64,000 bases of DNA from an uncultured Oscillospiraceae bacterium (GTDB lineage: Bacteria > Bacillota > Clostridia > Christensenellales > CAG-314): positions 68,050 through 132,049 of the forward strand of contig CAZNZO010000001.1 in NCBI GenBank assembly GCA_964577535.1, given 5' to 3'. Below are positions 32,151-41,626 of the stretch, one piece after another. The position numbers were made by a program, and so were the translations under genes. Numbering within the stretch: the stretch's first letter is position 1; every line of letters starts with the position of its first letter. The notes beneath the pieces are model-generated. The model was not told where the DNA came from. It saw nothing but the letters and a program-made list of their open reading frames with translations, and did no database searches.

Positions 32151-32348
32151 TGTTTTGGGTACCACGCAACCCGCGTTTTGAACGCATTGGTCGTCGCGAG
32201 AAAATGCAACTCTGGTGCAGTGGCTGACACGCACAAAAAAACGCACATAGATGGGCGGCGCACTTGCTATTGCCACTTGTGTTTGCCGCTTTTCAACAAT
32301 CCACGCAACTTTTGCTATCGGGCCATTGATTTTGCCGTTTCCAAAACA

Positions 32349-32389
32349 AAAAACGGAACTTCTGCTAGTGAAACAGAAATTCCGTTTTT
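32349..32389. terminator. Terminator between the convergent GSIII-like and Mrp genes
   Basis: AAAAAACGGAA(C)TTCTG...CAGAA(A)TTCCGTTTTT. Confidence 0.65.
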
Positions 32390-32411
32390 AATTGACGTTT
32401 TCAAAAAAAAA

Positions 32412-33224
32412 TTACAATTTCAAAATTTTTTGCACAAGCGGTTGCAAAAAGTCGCCGTGATATTCTTCCACGCGGCCCAAATCGCACAAACGAGCAATTG
32501 CCGGGTCGATGGGTAATTTACACACCACGTCAATGCCGTTTTCGGCGGCAAATTGGTCAACGTGGCTTTCGCCGTAGATTTTGTGCTGTTTGCCACAATC
32601 GGGACAGCAAAAATACGACATGTTTTCCACCAAGCCCAACACGGGAACGTTCATCATTTGCGCCATTTTGACGGCTTTGCCAACAATCATGCCCACCAAT
32701 TCTTGCGGCGAAGTTACAATTACAATGCCATCCACCGGCAACGATTGAAACACGGTGAGAGGCACGTCGCCTGTTCCGGGAGGCATATCCACAAACATAT
32801 AGTCCACGTCGCCCCAAGCAACGTCCGTCCAAAATTGTTCCACTGCGCCAGCAATAACCGGTCCGCGCCAAACAACAGGGTCGGTTTCCTGCTCTAACAG
32901 CAAATTTATGGACATAACTTTTGTGCCAAAAGCCGTTTCAACAGGATAGATTGTTTCGCCATCGGCAAATGCATTTTGGTGCAAACCAAACGTTTGCGGG
33001 ATGGAAGGCCCGGTGACGTCGGCATCCAAAACAGCCGTGCGATAGTTTTTGCGTTGAAAATCCACTGCAAGCAACGAAGTTACCAGCGATTTACCTACGC
33101 CGCCCTTGCCACTTACAACGGCAATAACTTTTTTAACTTTGGAATTCTTCGAAAGTTGCAACTTTTGCGGCCTTTCGGAACAGTTGGCCGAGCAGTTGGA
33201 ACAATCGTGAGTGCAATCTGACAT
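32412..33224 (-). CDS. Mrp/NBP35 (ApbC) Fe-S cluster carrier ATPase
   Basis: Cys-rich N-terminus, SGKGGVGKS, WRGP, DMPPGTGD, VENMS..CPDCG. Confidence 0.94.
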   Translation of the reverse strand: MSDCTHDCSNCSANCSERPQKLQLSKNSKVKKVIAVVSGKGGVGKSLVTSLLAVDFQRKNYRTAVLDADVTGPSIPQTFGLHQNAFADGETIYPVETAFGTKVMSINLLLEQETDPVVWRGPVIAGAVEQFWTDVAWGDVDYMFVDMPPGTGDVPLTVFQSLPVDGIVIVTSPQELVGMIVGKAVKMAQMMNVPVLGLVENMSYFCCPDCGKQHKIYGESHVDQFAAENGIDVVCKLPIDPAIARLCDLGRVEEYHGDFLQPLVQKILKL

Positions 33225-33268
33225 GTTAGTTCTCCCGTTGCCATATATTTTTTGACGGCAACAAACAA

Positions 33269-33297
33269 ATTATACCACGCTTTTCAACAAAACTCAA
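33269..33297 (-). promoter_or_regulatory. sigmaA promoter of mrp
   Basis: TTGAGT-17 bp-TATAAT with extended TG. Confidence 0.65.
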
Positions 33298-33314
33298 CGA
33301 AATTGCGGTGTGGC

Positions 33315-33343
33315 TTTACAAATAGCAAAAAAAGTCCTATAAT
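33315..33343 (+). promoter_or_regulatory. sigmaA promoter of ylmH (leaderless geometry)
   Basis: TTTACA-17 bp-TATAAT, 6 nt before the ATG at 33350; no SD. Confidence 0.7.
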
Positions 33344-33349
33344 TTTGTT

Positions 33350-34060
33350 ATGGACGAAAATCGCATTGAAGAACTGGCCTTGCGCGCACAAAAAACCGGC
33401 ACGGCCGTTTTTACAAATTTTTTGAATGAGCAAACGCAAGCGGAAATTGCCGCCAAATATTGTGCATACAACCCCACATTTTTTGGCGGGGCAAGTTTTG
33501 CTACGCGAAAAATTGCTTGCTTTGGCGAAAGCGAAGAATTTCCTTTGCGTGTTTTGCAAATAACGCCAACGGGCGGCAAGTTTGCAACGGAACTATCCCA
33601 CCGCGACGTGCTGGGCGCAATTATGGCGCTGCAAATAACGCGCGAAAAGGTTGGGGATATTTTTGTGGGCAAACAATGCTATGCGGTACTACACCAGTCG
33701 GTGGCAGATTTTGTCGCCCAAAACCTGCTTAGCGTGGGCAGAAACAACGTGAAAACGAAATTTGTTGAAGAAATTCCGTCAAACCTTGCGCCAAAAATGC
33801 AACAAGCAAAAATTTCCGTTTCCTCCAACAGGTTGGATGCAGTGCTTTGCAAAGTGTTTAACCTTTCGCGACAACAGGCAAGCCAACTGGTGGATTTGCA
33901 AAAAGTTTCCCTAAACGGCATGCCTTGCCAAAAGGCCACGCGACCGCTAAACGACGGCGACGTTGTTTCCGTGCGAGGATATGGCAAGTTTACCTTTGGC
34001 GTGCCGCTGGGGCAAAGCAAAAAAGGCAAACTGCAATTTTCCATTTTTCTTTTTGCCTAG
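33350..34060 (+). CDS. ylmH: YlmH/Sll1252 family S4-domain RNA-binding protein
   Basis: TNFLN, LSHRDVLGA, REKVGDI, SNRLDAV, DVVSVRGYGK. Confidence 0.9.
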   Translation: MDENRIEELALRAQKTGTAVFTNFLNEQTQAEIAAKYCAYNPTFFGGASFATRKIACFGESEEFPLRVLQITPTGGKFATELSHRDVLGAIMALQITREKVGDIFVGKQCYAVLHQSVADFVAQNLLSVGRNNVKTKFVEEIPSNLAPKMQQAKISVSSNRLDAVLCKVFNLSRQQASQLVDLQKVSLNGMPCQKATRPLNDGDVVSVRGYGKFTFGVPLGQSKKGKLQFSIFLFA

Positions 34061-34085
34061 CGCAAAGGCCGTTTGCAAAATACCA

Positions 34086-34114
34086 TTGACGGCAAAAAAC
34101 AAAACTAGTATAAT
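34086..34114 (+). promoter_or_regulatory. sigmaA promoter of the cyclodeaminase gene
   Basis: TTGACG-17 bp-TATAAT, 9 nt before the ATG. Confidence 0.72.
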
Positions 34115-34123
34115 AGGTGCATT

Positions 34124-34714
34124 ATGTTTGAAAAATTATCCATTGCCGAATATAACAAAATTCTTGCTTCCAAAGCACCCACACCGGGTGGAGGCAGCGC
34201 TTTGGCCATTGTGGGCACCATTGCTTGCTCTCTTGCAGAAATGGCTGTGAACGTTACGCTGACAAAGCTTGACCCAGACGACGAAAAAGCGCAATACTTG
34301 CAGCACAGTGCAACGCTGTTTGCCCACGCGCGCAGACGTTTGGAACAACTTTCCAACGACGATGCCGAAGCTTTTCGCCGCATAATAGATTGCACGCACC
34401 TGCCCAAAGAAGATGCAGAACAACAAACCTACCGCACCAACCAACTGCAAAAGGCCTACCACAAGGCGGCGCTTGTTCCGTTGGAAGTGATGAACGTTTG
34501 CCGCGAAGCTTTGTCGGTGGCGCAAAACCGCACATATCCGTTTTTGTATCGCTATGTTGCATCCGATTGCAAAATAGGCATGGATTTGTTTGCCAACATA
34601 ATAGAAAACTCCATGGAAAACGTTTATGCCAACACTTGCTTGATAAAGGATAAGCAACTTGCGCAATCGCTGGAAAAACAAGGCGAACAAATTGTTGCCA
34701 CACTAAAAAAATAA
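34124..34714 (+). CDS. Formiminotetrahydrofolate cyclodeaminase/cyclohydrolase family protein
   Basis: ASKAPTPGGGSA, DAEAF, VPL, ASD, NVYAN. Confidence 0.88.
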   Translation: MFEKLSIAEYNKILASKAPTPGGGSALAIVGTIACSLAEMAVNVTLTKLDPDDEKAQYLQHSATLFAHARRRLEQLSNDDAEAFRRIIDCTHLPKEDAEQQTYRTNQLQKAYHKAALVPLEVMNVCREALSVAQNRTYPFLYRYVASDCKIGMDLFANIIENSMENVYANTCLIKDKQLAQSLEKQGEQIVATLKK

Positions 34715-34730
34715 CAAAACTAAATTTGCA

Positions 34731-34755
34731 AGCGGCCCAATGGTGGCCGCTTTTT
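34731..34755 (+). terminator. Intrinsic terminator
   Basis: AGCGGCC-loop-GGCCGCT-TTTT. Confidence 0.65.
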
Positions 34756-34987
34756 ATTGCGCCAAAACCGAGGTTGCTGGCGTGAAATGTTTTTTTGTCA
34801 ACGCCGAACAGCAACCACTATGCATTCAGCAAAAAAAAGTTTGTGTTTGTTTTTATAGACACAAACAAACCCAAGCCCCTAAAAACAAAACTAACAATAA
34901 AAACAAATTTGACTCAATGCCAAACTTGACACAAATGCCAAAAATTTGCTTTCCCAAAAAACACCTAGTTGCAAACGGTTTGGCAAC

Positions 34988-35025
34988 AAAAAAAAGACTT
35001 GCAACAAGTGCAAGTCTATTTTTTT
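34988..35025 (-). terminator. Terminator of the lipoprotein gene
   Basis: AGACTTGCA-loop-TGCAAGTCT with flanking A/T runs. Confidence 0.7.
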
Positions 35026-35039
35026 GCTATTTCGAAAAA

Positions 35040-35660
35040 CTATTTCGCAATTGCTCCAAGTCCGAAAGTTCCATCGGTGAATTCTACAAATACGATGTAG
35101 TATGTTCCAGCCGTCAAAACTGCGGGGTTATCATTCCAAGCACCACTGTTTTCATAGGCGGGAGCTTCAGAGTGAGGAGGCAAATAGATGGTGTCGGGAG
35201 TAAGGCTAACAACTGTAGTGTTACCAGCATCGGGAAGCCAGTTTTGTTCCCAAGCGCCTACGCCGCCTTCTTCTGTGTATTTGGTTTTGATAACTTTGAT
35301 AGCTTGGTTACCGTCGAACTTCGTAACTGCAGCGCCTTCTGTCAAAGCATAGCCGAAATCCCAACCAGCACCGGTATCGGTAACAACGTGTTCAACGATG
35401 TAGAGATATTTAGCATTCTTAAGTTGACCTTTGATGCTAGCAACGCGAGCGTCGGAAACAGCGATAGCTTCCATTTGGTACTTCGCGTCGATTTTGCTAG
35501 AATCGTTAGCATCTTTGGGAACGCCCCAACCATTGAATTGTCCGGTGATTATATATTCATAATCAGGGTTTACAAGGGGTTCTGCTTTGCAAGCTGCAAG
35601 AGCAACTACGCAAGAAATTGCGAGCATTGCTACAAGAACAAGCGTAACAATTTTTTTCAT
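35040..35660 (-). CDS. Secreted lipoprotein, possibly with a SusE/F-like carbohydrate-binding beta-sandwich
   Basis: MKKIV...ALAAC lipobox; YIITGQFNGWG and AGTYYIVF motifs; ATG at 35660 after AAAGGAG. Confidence 0.65.
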   Translation of the reverse strand: MKKIVTLVLVAMLAISCVVALAACKAEPLVNPDYEYIITGQFNGWGVPKDANDSSKIDAKYQMEAIAVSDARVASIKGQLKNAKYLYIVEHVVTDTGAGWDFGYALTEGAAVTKFDGNQAIKVIKTKYTEEGGVGAWEQNWLPDAGNTTVVSLTPDTIYLPPHSEAPAYENSGAWNDNPAVLTAGTYYIVFVEFTDGTFGLGAIAK

Positions 35661-36148
35661 TTTCTTTTCTCCTTTTTTTGTTAAAAAAAATATACAAACC
35701 GCTTTGCGGTAGTATCCTGTTTTACACGACAAAACTAACGATCTTTGTCGCCGTGCAACTAGTTTAACACAACCAAACACAAAACGCAACGGGTTTTTGA
35801 AAAAAAATTGCAGTTTTGATGCACAAAAATGCCGAAATGTGCCCTGTTTTGTGCAGAAATTGGTTTACCGTAGGTTATTTTGCGAATTTCGGGTTCTTTG
35901 AGCCAACAAAAATAACTTGTTTGCGTTTTTAGTGCGATGCCAACTGGCCTTTTGGAACCGCACAAACCAAAGTTTTGTTCAATCTTTTACACAACTTCCT
36001 GCAAAAAAGAAAAACACTTTTTGCCAATTGCTTTGCAAAAAGTGTTGACTATTCCGCCAAAAACAATACGTGCTTTGCCTGCCGCCTTGTCAAATACACG
36101 TTAACGGCAACGTTGCTGTGCCACAAATGGCATCCGCATGTTTTTTGC

Positions 36149-36556
36149 CTATTTTGTAAGTTTCAACTTTTGGCACACGTCGGCCAAATCGTAATCGTAT
36201 TTTTCGTTGAAGGGCCAAGTGTGCAAGCCGTCGTTTTCCTTGCGGGGGATAATGTGGAAATGCAAATGGAACACGCTTTGTTCGGCACTTTTGCCGCTGG
36301 CATTCAAAACGTTTACACCACTGAAACCGCAATCTTCCACATAGTGACGGGAAATTTTTTGAATTGCAGGCAAAATGTGTGCCAAATAAAGGCTGTCGCA
36401 ATCCATAACGTTCTCGCAATGCTTTTTGGGGATTACCAACGTATGGCCGTAGCAATCGCATGCAATATCCAAAAATGCATAGACGTAGTCGTCTTCGTAG
36501 ATTTTGTGAGAAGGGATTTCTCCTTTTATTATTTTGCAAAAAATGCAATCACTCAT
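36149..36556 (-). CDS. HIT family protein
   Basis: CIFCKII, GHTLVIPKKH, HLHFHIIPR. Confidence 0.94.
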   Translation of the reverse strand: MSDCIFCKIIKGEIPSHKIYEDDYVYAFLDIACDCYGHTLVIPKKHCENVMDCDSLYLAHILPAIQKISRHYVEDCGFSGVNVLNASGKSAEQSVFHLHFHIIPRKENDGLHTWPFNEKYDYDLADVCQKLKLTK

Positions 36557-37788
36557 AGCAATTCTCCTTTTGCCCCATCCAAATAGGGCTGTGTTATTTT
36601 TACGTTGCCAACGTTGCCAACGGTAGCGTTACCGCCAAAATACACACGCAAGTATTCTGGTGTGTATCCTTCGAAAACGCCGTTTTTCTTGCGTTCGCAC
36701 AACACAGGGCGAACATCGCCCAAAAAACTGTTGGTGAAGTTTTGTTTCAACTGCGCCTTTATTTGCGCCAAATGCTCGGCACGAGCCGTTTTGACTTTGC
36801 CGTCCACATCCGGCCAGCCGTATGCAACGGTGCCTTCCCTTGGGGAAAATGGGAACACGTGAATATCGGCAAAACCAACTTTTTGCACAAAATGGCAGGT
36901 TTCTTCAAATTCCTCGTCCGTTTCGCCGCAAAAACCCACTATAACGTCGGTAGTGATGGCGGCTTGCGGAAAGACTTTGCGTATTTTTTGCACGGCCTGG
37001 AAATATTGTTCCGTTGTGTATTTGCGATTCATCCGTTTTAGCACCGTGTCGCAACCGCTTTGCAACGACAGGTGAAAATGCGGACAAAAGTTGATGGTTT
37101 GCAAACTTTGCAACAACTCGTCGGTTACGACGCTTTCTTCCAAACTGCCAAGGCGAATTCGTGTGGGAATGCCTTGCAATGATTGCATAAGCTGTGGCAA
37201 ACTTTCGCCGGTATCACGGCCAAATTGCGAAATATCTATGCCGATGAGCACCGTTTCGGCGCTGTTTGCACGCTTAACTTCTTCGGCAACGTCGGCAATT
37301 TTTCGGCTACGGCTGCGCCCACGCAAATAGGGAACAATGCAATAGCTGCAAAAATTGTTGCAACCGTCCTGAATTTTTACAAAAGCACGGGTGCGGCTTT
37401 GCGATGAAAAAACACTTTCGGCAAAGCAAGAAGGCACTTCTTCCACGCACACGCCCACGTTTTGCAATTCGTCCACAATTTTGGTTTTATCGGCAACGCC
37501 CTTGATAAAAGTGACGTTGGGAATATCCACAAATTGATTGCTGTTTTTTTCGGCGGCGCAACCCACAATAAGCACTTTGCAATTGGGGTTTAGTTTGCGT
37601 GCACGAGCCACCAGCTGGCGCGACTTGTTTTCCGCCTCCTTTGTGATGGCGCAAGTGTTCAAAATGAAAGCATCGGCCTTTTTGAGCCCGTGAAATGCCT
37701 CGTGACCGGCGTTTTTTAGTGCGGTGATAATTTGTCCGCTTTCGTATAAGTTGGTTTTGCAACCCAATGTAAAGACCGAAACTACCAT
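36553..37788 (-). CDS. mtaB: tRNA (ms2t6A37) methylthiotransferase
   Basis: TLGCKTN, NTC, VKIQDGCNNFCSYC, PHFHLSLQSG, HVFPFSPREGT; adjacent to prmA. Confidence 0.92.
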   Translation of the reverse strand: MVVSVFTLGCKTNLYESGQIITALKNAGHEAFHGLKKADAFILNTCAITKEAENKSRQLVARARKLNPNCKVLIVGCAAEKNSNQFVDIPNVTFIKGVADKTKIVDELQNVGVCVEEVPSCFAESVFSSQSRTRAFVKIQDGCNNFCSYCIVPYLRGRSRSRKIADVAEEVKRANSAETVLIGIDISQFGRDTGESLPQLMQSLQGIPTRIRLGSLEESVVTDELLQSLQTINFCPHFHLSLQSGCDTVLKRMNRKYTTEQYFQAVQKIRKVFPQAAITTDVIVGFCGETDEEFEETCHFVQKVGFADIHVFPFSPREGTVAYGWPDVDGKVKTARAEHLAQIKAQLKQNFTNSFLGDVRPVLCERKKNGVFEGYTPEYLRVYFGGNATVGNVGNVKITQPYLDGAKGELL

Positions 37789-37789
37789 A

Positions 37790-38692
37790 TCACTTCACGT
37801 TCATGCGCAGTGCGCACCATTCTCCACGACGCTTAACTTCAAAATTGCAAAACTTTTGCGAATACAGATCCAACACACCTTGCAACTTCACGTCCAAAAT
37901 TCCCGAAAGAATAACAATTGTGTTTTTGTGCACCACCGACGAAATGCCTTCGAACAGCAGCGCCAAAATGTCCGCCGTCAAATTTGCAAACACCACGTCG
38001 AAAACGCCATCCGTTTGTTCGGTTAGGTTGCCGGTGAAAATTTTGCACCTATCTTCAAGGCCGTTTATTTGCGCATTGTGCAATGCAATTGCCGTTGCTT
38101 GGCTGTCGATATCCACCAATTCGGCACTGCTTGCGCCCAGCGTCAAGGCGGCAAGACCCAAAATTCCGCTTCCGCAACCAACGTCTAGAACACGCTTGCC
38201 TTGCAACGACGTTTGTTCGGCAAATTGCAGGCACAAGGAAGTTGTTTCGTGCTGACCGGTGCCAAAAGCAATGCCAGTATCCAGCAAAAGCACCTTTTTG
38301 CCGTTGTCTTGGCAAGTTTGCCATTCGGGGCAAATAACAAGTTTTTCCGTTTCGATAGGACGGAAGGTTTGCTTCCACGTTTCCACCCATGCATCGCCTT
38401 CCACTTGCGCAACTTGCACCTTCAAACTGCCGGCATCTTGAAGGGAAGCAAAACTGCTTTGCAAATGATCCAAAACAGACGATGTTTCTTCCAAATTGCA
38501 ATAGCCTTTTACCAACACTTCTTCGCCATAGATTGCATCCGCCGCATCGTCCTTGTAGTCCCACGTGGCGTTTTGGTACAAATCGTTTTTGTCGTATATG
38601 CTCACACCATCCATGCAAACTTCTTGCAAGAAATAAGCGACGAGTTCCGCCGCTTCACTTTTGGTGCTGACGGTTATTTCCGAATACTTCAT
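37790..38692 (-). CDS. prmA: Ribosomal protein L11 methyltransferase
   Basis: AFGTGQHETT, VLDVGCGSGIL, FANL, ILSGIL; ATG at 38692. Confidence 0.94.
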   Translation of the reverse strand: MKYSEITVSTKSEAAELVAYFLQEVCMDGVSIYDKNDLYQNATWDYKDDAADAIYGEEVLVKGYCNLEETSSVLDHLQSSFASLQDAGSLKVQVAQVEGDAWVETWKQTFRPIETEKLVICPEWQTCQDNGKKVLLLDTGIAFGTGQHETTSLCLQFAEQTSLQGKRVLDVGCGSGILGLAALTLGASSAELVDIDSQATAIALHNAQINGLEDRCKIFTGNLTEQTDGVFDVVFANLTADILALLFEGISSVVHKNTIVILSGILDVKLQGVLDLYSQKFCNFEVKRRGEWCALRMNVK

Positions 38693-38699
38693 AACTGCC

Positions 38700-39023
38700 T
38701 CAACCAATCAAAAAATCTATCAACTTTTTGGCATTTTGCCATTCGCGCTTGTTCAACTCGTAAAGTTGCCTGCCCTTATCGGTGATGGTATAGTACTTGC
38801 GCGTTGCACCAACGTTTTCTCCCCAAAAACCTTTGATGCATTCCATGTCTTCCAAACGATGGTAGGCCGAATACAAACTTTGTTCGTTGGGAACGTACAA
38901 GTTGTTGGTTTTTTGCGCAATATAACGGCGAATCTCGTTGCCGTACTTTGTGCCGCTAATCAAAGCGGATAAAACGAAGGTGTCGATATGACCTCGAAGC
39001 ATATCACTTGAAATAACTTTCAT
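38700..39023 (-). CDS. PadR family transcriptional regulator
   Basis: LRGHID..VL, YGNEI, SLYSAYHRLE, RKYYTITDKG. Confidence 0.9.
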   Translation of the reverse strand: MKVISSDMLRGHIDTFVLSALISGTKYGNEIRRYIAQKTNNLYVPNEQSLYSAYHRLEDMECIKGFWGENVGATRKYYTITDKGRQLYELNKREWQNAKKLIDFLIG

Positions 39024-39042
39024 CTTTTGTTCTCCATACTAT

Positions 39043-39082
39043 GTCTATCATATAGACTACCACTACCGCCCTTTTTTGTAAA
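39043..39082 (-). promoter_or_regulatory. Promoter plus palindromic operator upstream of PadR
   Basis: TTTACA-17 bp-TAGTCT on the minus strand, overlapped by a perfect GTCTAT-3 nt-ATAGAC palindrome (39043-39057). Confidence 0.55.
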
Positions 39083-39585
39083 GCACAAAAAGGCCTTTTT
39101 TCAAAAAATAAAAAACGAAAAGTTTGTTCACAAATATGAAACACTATGAAACATTCTTTTGCCCTTCTTTTGACTTTTGGCGTTGCGTTTTTTGCGATGA
39201 AAAACACACATTTTTGCCATGTTTTTGATGCCAAACTGTGCGCTCAAAGCGGCGGCACGCAAGACAAAAAAAACTAGAAGCAACCGCAAAGCAAGCGGTT
39301 TGGCCGCAGATATTTGCTCATTGCCACAAAATGAAGACCAACTGCAAATTGATTTTTGAAATGCACAGCAAAACTAATGTTTTTGAAAACTTCCCCAAAA
39401 GCATCGTTACTTGCGCATTATGCCGCACTAGAACTGTTTGCGCAAAAACTCAACAGTTTGCGCACCACTTTGTTTTTGCATACATCTGCCATACACACAA
39501 CGTGTTTCAAAATGCCGCAACTAGTTTTTTGAAAAACAAAACACCTTTCTAACTGCCTTTCCCAACGCTAGCACCTCCAAAAGCG

Positions 39586-39618
39586 CAAAAAAAGAGCCCA
39601 CCCATTTGGGTGAGCCCT
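39586..39618 (-). terminator. Terminator of the sugar ABC ATPase gene
   Basis: GC-rich hairpin around CACCCA-T-TGGGTG, then a T7 run on the minus strand. Confidence 0.55.
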
Positions 39619-39633
39619 GGCATTTTTGTTAAA

Positions 39634-41547
39634 CTATGCAAGACGGATTCCGCGAGCAACTTCCACAATAGCCAATTTTTCCACTTCGGGAACAATGTTC
39701 ACGCTGTCGCCAACGCGAAGCAACGTGGCTTGGTGTTCGGGAACGAAAACGTTAACGGTTGCATCTCCAACACGGCATGCGGCAAATTTTTCGGTGCCGT
39801 AATCCAAAATTGCTTCAACGCTTGCTTTGATGCCTTTTTCGTCGCTGATAACTGCATCGTATGCGGTAAAGCCAAAGTCCAAAGCCTTTTCGAAAACGTC
39901 TTGGCCGCCGCCGTTAACCAAACGCATAGCAAGCGTGCGGGGGCAATCGAAGGATGCTTCGCCAACATCCAATGTGAATGCAAGGTCTTTGATCTTTTTG
40001 ATTTTGTCGTTGATAAGTTTTTCGACGGTGACTTTGTGCTTGGAAATTCTGCCGGGCAAAACGTTGTTGCAATTCAACGGTTCAATGGTGCCAAAGTCGT
40101 CGGTCAAAGAAATTTGTTTGAGGTCGATAGCAATGTTAACTTCTTTGCCGATAACAGCTCGGTTATCGATAACTGCAAACAAAACTCTGTCGGCAACCTT
40201 AAGGTGAACAAGGCGTTGACCGTTGACGTCTTCTTCTTCAATCACCGTTGCAGGGATGGTGCCACCAAGAGAAATTGCAGAAGTGGGAATGGAAACTTGG
40301 TATTTGCCATCGGAAGCCTGGATTGCTTCGGGCAATGCAATTTTTTGGTTCAACACAGAAAGCACGTTGGATTCAACAGCGCCGTCCACAACAATTTCTT
40401 GAGGAATACGCGGGGTGATGGTATCTTCCGTTTCGATATCGAACACGTGCAAGTGAGACATATCCAACGAAACTTCGATGATTTCGTCCACATCGTAGTA
40501 GCTGCCGGCAGGTGCCTTAACAATAACTCTTGTGGGGCTTTCGCCAATGGTATCCACACCATCAATGTTAAAATCGGCATAAACTTGGCAGTCGGTGCCC
40601 AATTCTTCGGTGTGAGAAACACGGCATTTTGCCTTGAAGGGATAGCGGTTTGCATCAACGGAAACGTGTTCGGCACGCAAACCAATGATAACGTCTTGTT
40701 CGCCGTCCAAATAGGAACGTTTTGTTTTGTTGAAATAGTCGGCAGGAACGGTTAGGCTTACGGGGGTGTTGTTGAACGTAACGTCCACAACGTCGCCGTG
40801 AAGTTTCAGGCGGCCATCGAAGAAGTTCATTTGAGGCGTTCCGATGAAGCCTGCAACAAACTTGTTGCCGGGGAAACGATATAGGTTTCTGGGGGTGTCG
40901 ATTTGTTGCACAAAACCATCTTTCATAACAACAATTCTGGTACCCATAGTCATTGCTTCAACTTGGTCGTGCGTTACGTAAATGAAGGTGGTTTGAAGTT
41001 TGTGGTGCAACTTGGAAATTTCCGAACGCATTGCAGTGCGCAATTTTGCGTCCAAGTTGGAAAGAGGTTCGTCTAGCAAAAATACTTTGGGTTCACGAAC
41101 GATAGCGCGTCCCAATGCAACACGTTGACGTTGTCCGCCAGACATTTCTTTGGGTTTTCTGTTCAAATATTCGGTGATGCCCAAAATATCGGCAGCTTCC
41201 CTAACTTTGCGATCGATATCTTCCTTGGGAAGTTTGCGCAAACGAAGACCAAACGCCATGTTTTCGTAGACGGTCATGTGGGGATACAAAGCATAGCTTT
41301 GGAACACCATTGCAATGTCTCTATCCTTGGGTTCCACGTCGTTGACAACAACGTCGCCAATGCGCAATTCACCAGCAGTGATATCTTCCAAACCGGCAAT
41401 CATTCTTAGCGTGGTGGATTTTCCGCAACCGGACGGACCAACGAAAACGATAAATTCTTTATCGGCGATATCCATGCAGAAATCGTTAACGGCCTTTACG
41501 CCGTTGGGGTAAACCTTGTATATGTGGTTAAGTTGTAGACTAGCCAT
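39634..41547 (-). CDS. MalK/MsmX-type sugar ABC ATP-binding protein with long C-terminal extension
   Basis: GPSGCGKST, FQSYALYPHM, MSGGQRQR, LLDEPLSNLDAKLR, VTHDQ, FVAGFIG; 637 aa. Confidence 0.93.
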   Translation of the reverse strand: MASLQLNHIYKVYPNGVKAVNDFCMDIADKEFIVFVGPSGCGKSTTLRMIAGLEDITAGELRIGDVVVNDVEPKDRDIAMVFQSYALYPHMTVYENMAFGLRLRKLPKEDIDRKVREAADILGITEYLNRKPKEMSGGQRQRVALGRAIVREPKVFLLDEPLSNLDAKLRTAMRSEISKLHHKLQTTFIYVTHDQVEAMTMGTRIVVMKDGFVQQIDTPRNLYRFPGNKFVAGFIGTPQMNFFDGRLKLHGDVVDVTFNNTPVSLTVPADYFNKTKRSYLDGEQDVIIGLRAEHVSVDANRYPFKAKCRVSHTEELGTDCQVYADFNIDGVDTIGESPTRVIVKAPAGSYYDVDEIIEVSLDMSHLHVFDIETEDTITPRIPQEIVVDGAVESNVLSVLNQKIALPEAIQASDGKYQVSIPTSAISLGGTIPATVIEEEDVNGQRLVHLKVADRVLFAVIDNRAVIGKEVNIAIDLKQISLTDDFGTIEPLNCNNVLPGRISKHKVTVEKLINDKIKKIKDLAFTLDVGEASFDCPRTLAMRLVNGGGQDVFEKALDFGFTAYDAVISDEKGIKASVEAILDYGTEKFAACRVGDATVNVFVPEHQATLLRVGDSVNIVPEVEKLAIVEVARGIRLA

Positions 41548-41597
41548 AATTCCTCCGAATTTTCTTTTTTGGGCACACTGCCCACATTTACCAAGTA

Positions 41598-41626
41598 ATT
41601 ATAACCGCACAAAACGTCAATGTCAA
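41598..41626 (-). promoter_or_regulatory. Consensus sigmaA promoter of the ABC ATPase
   Basis: Perfect TTGACA-17 bp-TATAAT. Confidence 0.8.
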
